Source: Halocafeteria seosinensis
Lineage: Eukaryota
DNA length: 39,434 nt
Reading direction: 5' to 3'
Assembly: GCA_001687465.1 (NCBI GenBank)
Contig: LVLI01000614.1
Location: forward strand, 1 to 39,434
In this document: one piece after another, positions 33,384 through 39,434 of the stretch
How the letters are laid out: every line of letters begins with the position of its first letter
Numbering within the stretch: position 1 is the first letter of the stretch
Notes under the pieces: generated by a model
Databases searched by the model: none
What the model was told of the DNA's origin: nothing
The model's input: the letters and a program-made list of their open reading frames with translations, nothing else
Translations under genes and position numbers: made by a program

Positions 33384-36300
33384 CTAAGTTTCTTCACTGT
33401 CCCTACTCTCCACAGCAACACCCTGCTCCGCGTTCTCAGCGGGTTCTTCTTCTACCTTGTCTACATCAGTAGCAATGTACGCCCCACCACCATACATAGC
33501 CATGTTCTTCACTTTCCCTTGTTCCATGGCATGCAGACTCTGATGAACAACCTTGTTCGTGGTAGTATTCCGACGCACGCTGTAGGCACAATTGACAGCT
33601 GGAGTGAATTGAAACCCTGAAGGAATATGCTTCCCTTTGGCACTTTCTCTTTCTTCCCTCTTCTCGTTGTCTCTCTTGGCATCACCCTGGTTCTCCTCAT
33701 CCTGAGTTTTCGCCTCTTCTTCTTCAACCCCCTCTTCGTTCTCCTTGGTTTCTTCAGAGACCAAATCTTGGGATTCTTCTTTGGATTCTTCTTCGGTTTC
33801 TTCCGTCGCCTCTTCGCGATTTTCCTTAGTGGCATCCTTAGTATCGTCCGTACCTTGCATTTCAGCATCAAAATTACTATAGTCTTCGTCCGTTTTCTCT
33901 AACTGTGCAAGATCTTATTGAAACATCAACTCTATAGAATAATCTCGTGCAGACATTTTGTTAACTTACTAGACCATACAAGTAGTCAAGCGTCTTAGGG
34001 GTTATCCAGCGATATGAACCTTTGAGACCTCTCTCCTCGAGCCATTTTTCCAGGCTCTCTCGCTTCATAGGACGAAATGCGATAGAGTCTTCTTCTCTGT
34101 AGGACCAATACCGTAGCATCCACAAACATGAGGCAGATATAAGAATTTCACGAGAAGACGTACGAGGGGTCGAGTTCCTCTTGAAGCGTTTCAATCTTCT
34201 TCACCTCATTGTTGGTCTCCCATAAATCGTCAAAGAAGACATACCTGCTTGTCCATTGGAATCCAACATGTACATGACACCACTGTGCAATCCACGATAG
34301 ATGCGCAAAGTCTTACCAGATGGCAGCACAAGGATGCTTATTTACCCACCCCATTTTATTCATCAGGTAATCAAGTCCCTCTTTGTGTCTCCGGGGAATT
34401 TGTTTCACTCTCTCCCGAGCTTCGAAGTTCTTAAAGTAGGCTTCTATTTCTTCACGAGTTGCTGTGTCGTTGTCGTAGATGTGCAGCCAAAAGGCAGAGC
34501 TCAAAACACTTTCGTCTTCGCAACGTTTCTTCAATAGTTTTTCGCGATAGGTTTTTACTTTATTTTGCCATCTTCGCAAACCCTCTGGCCATATTTTGTT
34601 GTTCGGGTGATTATTAAATAACTGACGGAGGGCATCGCACTCCTTGAACCTGTGACACAAGGCATAAGTAGTCGTACCAAGATGTTCAAGATAGCATGGT
34701 CAATACCAACACGCCATACTCGTTGTTGATGCCGAGCTCTTCTCGGGTTAACGTAGCTGTCGTGTTGATTGTGTGTCTCTGGCCAGTTGAGGGAGCGACG
34801 GCAACTCCTGTACCATCCGTGAGTTTCAGTGTCAGTTTAAACCCTGATTGCATCTCCAGGTCATAGTTCATCCCGATGGCTAGGTGTCCTTTAGAGTAAG
34901 TGATTAGAACGTTCACTGTAGCGTATTTCTGCCTGGTATGAGTATTTCCCTTTGAATCCTTATAGGTTTCTGTTCCGTCGGGAACACGATGTTGCTCCCA
35001 CCGCTGCAAGTGGTACGTCAGAGTGGGACCGTAACTAAGGTCGGCAGCACAGAGCCCTCGAAGCTTCTCTCGAACAAGTCGTCTTCGTTTAGTCTCCCGG
35101 CTGTCGTTTTGTTCCAGCAACTTGTGCGTACAGTCTGGGCGCGCACGCAAAGTACATGTGAGATACATGGCATTGCGGTACAGATCTTCCATTCGCTCTC
35201 TACGAACCTTCCCAAATAAAAGTATAGTCATCACTATCATCGTAAACCATCACAGCGTGAAACGGGTACGCCACGACATACATTTTTCCAAAGCAGGTTT
35301 TACTGTCGAGATGTCCGTCATGGCTGACCTGCATGTGTACACGATTAAAACAATGCGGGTGCCCACAGGCTGTCCAGCTGCAATTTCATGAGAGCCTTAC
35401 AGCGTTATAATACACGTCCACTCCTTCGAATTCCTTCATTAGACGCTCGCGGACTTTATTCTTTCCTTCATCAGCCGCATTTTTCCAATGCTCTAGCACC
35501 CTGTGCTTACCAACATCTCTGGCCTTGTTCTGCATATCACTCAATCGCTTGGCGTAAATTTCTCCTTCCTTCATTAACACCGCTTCCCAAAAGGGATGCC
35601 ACACACGACGTTTCAATTCAGAACCGATGTCCCAATTGGGGATGATGCGGCTAGCCGGACCAGTTACCCTGCAAACAGTGTCACTAAATTGCAATTGGCC
35701 AGTGATGCGCTTCACAACAGACCGAACGGCAGCCAGTCCCCACAACAGAGAGAGGATCATTATAAGCGCATTGATCCCGTTTACTATCATCACCAACGTC
35801 GACATGGTTGCAGCCCCGCCAAGCTGCGAAAGGAAGCTGAAAAGCACGGTCAGAACACTGGTGATTCTTCCTGAACCGTCTAAAACATCATCTGTGTAAA
35901 GAAACCAGCACACCCTGCTTCTTGAACGGAATACTGTATTGCACCTCACTCAAAGTATGACAGCCATACCTGTTGGATCCAGGAATGGTGTTGAGTAGAA
36001 GCAGAATGCCGCTAGCAGCCCCAGAACTACCATGCTTATAATTGACTGCCCGCCAGGATTGGAGAACCAGATAATTGCTGGTAAAATTAATATAAATTTC
36101 ATACCCATGACCCAGACTTTATAGAACGCCCATTTTCTCTCATATCCGTTGTATCTGAAAATGCAAACAAATACGAAGTTATGAACATAGGCTTTCACTT
36201 TAGGATTCTCGTTTACAGCAACACCTACAAGCTCAAATAAGGGCTACTTAATTGGTTTGGATCATTTCTAAGGTCTTCTCGATACCTGCGAACAGGAATC

Positions 36301-37528
36301 AGGAATCATATCTCGCGTATCAGGTAGCGGACGTTCCTACAGTGAGCCCTTACCGGTTATCAGTGTACTCTACGAGATGACCCTCTTCATCGTAGCATTT
36401 GTCTGGGTCTTCTCGACTTCCATACGGTTTGTTCTTCATAATTAGCCAGGCGCAGTAAAACGGGAAGGCTACAGTAAAGATGATACCTACAATGATCGCC
36501 ACGAATCTCACCGTGCTGTATCGTTCTGCAAGGCTCATAGCCGGTGATAAGTGCTTGCTTGGAGCAAGCAGGGGACAAAAAAAAAAAATTCCTAGCATAC
36601 CCCATTTAGTGCAATCACAATTTTCAAAGTTAACTTTGTCGCCACCGTTTTCATCGTTAATTATTTCGGAATCTGTCAATCCTCTGTTTAACGCGTCGGC
36701 GAGAGATTGGCACCCAGCACTAGCTGTAATGACTTCAGGAACAGCTAGATAGTCTTCCTGGACCAATATCTGTAAAACCCGAAACACATAATTTTAAAAC
36801 ACAAGCTGCGACCAGCTCTTCTAGGGACTCCTTACGCGAATCATCCGAGGACCACACCGAATTGCTTCAGCCAGACCTCGGGAAACGGGGAGATAGAGTG
36901 ATGTCGCAGCCAGCAAGGTATATTGAATGAACAACACTTTGTACTTTTCTCCCTCTTTTCGTTGGTCCCATTTAACTACTTCATGTCCCTGCATATTCAA
37001 CACTTAGATGTACTGTACTGTGTCTTCAGAATCAGTGAGACCGCATCGTACCTGACGAATTTCATCCGGGTTCAACTTCCGAGACATGCAATAGAAAATC
37101 AGAATGGCAATCACCAACAGTATAGCCAATATGGTCAATAAGGCGATGATGTGGAATGGATTGATGCCCTCGTACACCATGGTCAGATCGATAGAAACCA
37201 GTCCGAAAACCCTGCCAAACGTCTTCCGAGCCAGTTCCAACCCCTCACTGGCGATTCCCGAGAAGAACAAAGCCACAGTTTGAGCAAAGTCTCTCACAAT
37301 ATCGAACTTGAGTAAGTTAGCCAGAAAACCCCCGAGCCCAGCAGCCACCAGGAATGCTGCTTTGATCGCTTTGCGGCTCTGTTTGTACGCTGCAGGTGCC
37401 TGTGAAGCCAGCAGTGGTATGGGTAAAATCCCGTCTATGATCGCAATTTTAGCGTATACACTCCTTACATTCACTTTCCCCAATGCCGCTTGGCCAGATG
37501 CCAATGGTGAATCAAAAAATTTAGACAT
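33384..37528 (-). CDS. Uncharacterised multi-pass membrane protein (~7-8 TM, soluble C-terminal domain, acidic tail), ~1099 aa, 13 exons
   Basis: Twelve GT-AG introns (37051-36989, 36835-36770, 36600-36526, 36353-36286, 36228-36155, 35969-35892, 35400-35329, 35207-35135, 34719-34650, 34316-34245, 34163-34097, 33969-33903) are all phase-consistent and give a 3300-nt CDS. Hydrophobic helices, motifs SLYLPVSR, LYNGYERKWAFYK, PFLD and FGKMYVVAYPFH, and a Glu-rich tail. Confidence 0.85.
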
Positions 37529-38021
37529 TTTTCTTGGCCTTCACTGCAAACAATGCCAAAATCCGCAGTATTGATCCTGCGGTTGGCCAACGGTATCCAC
37601 GTTTGTGTATGGTGGATAAATAGCTATTCCAGCTCAAGCGAAAATGCACAACAGTGAAGAGCACAAAGATCTTCTTCAGGAAAATTGTAGCAACCCACAA
37701 TACACCCTTAAAAGTAAGCGTACAGCAAATACCGTTGTACGGCAGCCTACACTCGCGGCGGAAAATATCCAAGCCACTCTCCCTGCACTTCACTTGCAAA
37801 TCGGGCTAGGAAACGCAAGTAACCATGAGTGATAGTGTATCAACCACAGCTACAAAGAAATTGATAATGCGGGGAGCTTCAAATAGAAGAAGCTTCCAAG
37901 GTCTTCAATTCTTCTTCCATGTTCTATACTGAGCGTGTGTAGGCGTGTAATGAATAATTTATTGTGGCGAATCATCATCAATAATACACCCAGCCATCAC
38001 ACACACATGTAGCCGTGCCCG

Positions 38022-38345
38022 TTACCTAATCGCCATGTTCTTTGCCTTGCCTTGCTCCATCGCCTGCAGACTTTGATGAACAACTTTGCCCGTGAGGGGG
38101 GGGGGTCCGATGCACAGCATAGGCACAATGTGGGTATTGGTATTGCTCCTACTGGAAGACGTGTCACGTGGCACAATTGACAGCCGGGCTGAGATGGAAT
38201 TGACGAGGAATACTGTATGCTTCAATTTGGCGGCTTCCAAATTACGATAGTCCTCATTTGTTTTCTCTTACTGTGCAAGATCTACTGTATGCAATTTCAA
38301 TCCTCCATAGCCATTTACTTACCAAACCGTACCGGTAGTCAAGTG
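38022..38345 (-). pseudogene. Degraded copy of the 3' end (last two exons and last intron) of the 33384-37528 gene
   Basis: Copy reads TLDYRYGL|GTAAGT versus TLDYLYGL|GTAAGT in the gene. The acceptor AGATCTTGCACAG is shared, followed by TAA in place of TTA (stop). EKTNEDYRN versus EKTDEDYSN; KVVHQSLQAMEQGKAKNMA versus KVVHQSLHAMEQGKVKNMA. The acidic tract is missing. Confidence 0.85.
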
Positions 38346-38375
38346 TGTATTGGTATTGCTCCTACCGGAAGACGT
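38130..38375. repeat. 33-bp direct repeat (38130-38162 and 38343-38375, 2 mismatches)
   Basis: GTGGGTATTGGTATTGCTCCTACTGGAAGACGT versus GTGTGTATTGGTATTGCTCCTACCGGAAGACGT. Confidence 0.9.
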
Positions 38376-38560
38376 TTTTGCTACAGGCTACGCTAAGCCG
38401 TGTGAGGGGTGAACCCTACCCGGAACCGGTCCAACATCTTCACGTCGTGGCGCATCAACGTGACTGACAGTTTGCCGTCATCAGCTTGCGGACGTTCCGC
38501 ATCTCCCTTGTTCCCCAGCGGGAGCCCGGTGCTTTCCTGGCAATTGTCTTCCTCGAAGCC

Positions 38561-38659
38561 GGGTTGGAACTCACTCGGAAGACGTTTGGCAGGGTTTTCG
38601 GACTGGTTTCTATCGATCTGACCATGGTGTACGAGGGCATCAATCCATTCCACATCATC
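38561..38659 (+). pseudogene. Inverted copy of part of exon 1 of the 33384-37528 gene
   Basis: 38574-38659 is the exact reverse complement of 37145-37230 (86 bp). The match extends to 38561/37243 with 2 mismatches and encodes GLELTRKTFGRVFGLVSIDLTMVYEGINPFHII. Confidence 0.92.
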
Positions 38660-39434
38660 ACTTCATTTTAGGTCATAGCTATGTTAACATGCTCACGTAA
38701 GTATCTTTTATGATCTATCGGCTTCAGGTATATCGAACCTGGAATTGTGGAGAGCACGTACTGTTGTCATGGGGTTTACATGTATTACAGACTTCCCCAT
38801 GCGGATGTACCGAGGGACGTAACGAAGACGATTACCGAAGTTCGGGTTTGCGTCCAACCGCTGGTGGGCCATCAGTCACATTTTCGTCGTCTTCCCCTAT
38901 ACCTATGGTACGTGATAGTACACTGCTCTTCCCGACGCTCCGAGCCACACGCACAGCTATCTGTCACATTTGTGTGTGCGCACAGCTTGCGATGCCAAAT
39001 GGGTCCGGGTAAAAAATGGCGATGGCCAAAAATGGATCTCATTCCACAACTAGTATGGCAACGTGCGGGTACCACCATTCGATAGATAATATCATTGCGA
39101 TTCCAACTATGTCATTGTACGTCTCACAAGGGGAAAGGTCATCAGAAGAAATGGGAGGTGAGCCAGCTCTTAACAGAATGCTGTATCACTAGATACGAAA
39201 GTTACTATATGTTTGCCACTTACAGGAGTACAATGGAGATGTTTCATTCAAGATTGACGAAGCCTTTAAGTCGGAAGACACTGCTGTATCGACTTCAGGC
39301 TCCACGACAAGCGGATCCTCGTCCACTGGAAGGGCTACCCAGAGGCAGCACGGACGTGGGAACCGGCTTCGTGGCTTCAGAAAGACCTGGGTAGCTGCAC
39401 CTTCTTCGATCTCGAGCAGGAGATGTACTTTAAT

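Noticed and set aside
33660..33830. Purine-rich low-complexity tract as a repeat element
   Set aside because: It simply encodes the Glu/Lys-rich tail of the membrane protein.
1164..37574. Numerous short antisense or alternative-frame ORFs within the large genes
   Set aside because: Shadow ORFs with no recognisable motifs.
38130..38375. CRISPR-like repeat-spacer array
   Set aside because: Only two copies ~210 bp apart, in a eukaryotic context with no cas genes; better explained as a local duplication.
38690..39434. Additional gene or continuation of the pseudogene
   Set aside because: Some splice-like signals and weak peptide echoes (VVFPY, LIP..VWQ), but no coherent frame I can support.
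1..39434. Non-standard genetic code, non-canonical introns, tRNA/rRNA genes or a transposase
   Set aside because: All gene models close with the standard code (TAA, TAG and TGA are all used as stops) and GT-AG introns. No RNA-gene or transposase signatures were recognised.

Overview
Gene-dense nuclear DNA of a eukaryote, probably a unicellular protist; the lineage cannot be assigned from this window. It uses the standard code and short GT-AG introns (29 inferred, 58-103 nt). Nine genes were reconstructed by hand: ATG11/RB1CC1 (+), an intronless Sfi1-repeat centrin-binding protein (-), SAM50 (+), a 77-aa two-TM microprotein (-), a ~2700-aa two-pore-type cation channel (-), RRP5 (+), ETF-QO (-), ATG13 (+) and a 13-exon uncharacterised multi-pass membrane protein (-). 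The last gene is followed by scrambled pseudogene fragments of itself, including an 86-bp perfect inverted copy. The best candidate for a new system is the channel. A two-repeat TPC-like channel with an EF-hand linker, glutamate selectivity filters (TGENY/EGEQW) and charge-poor S4 helices is fused in one continuous ORF to ~1800 extra N-terminal residues. These appear to hold two TM-flanked dCache-like sensor domains, suggesting a possible single-chain ligand-gated Ca2+ channel. All domain calls are by-eye motif recognition; no searches were run.
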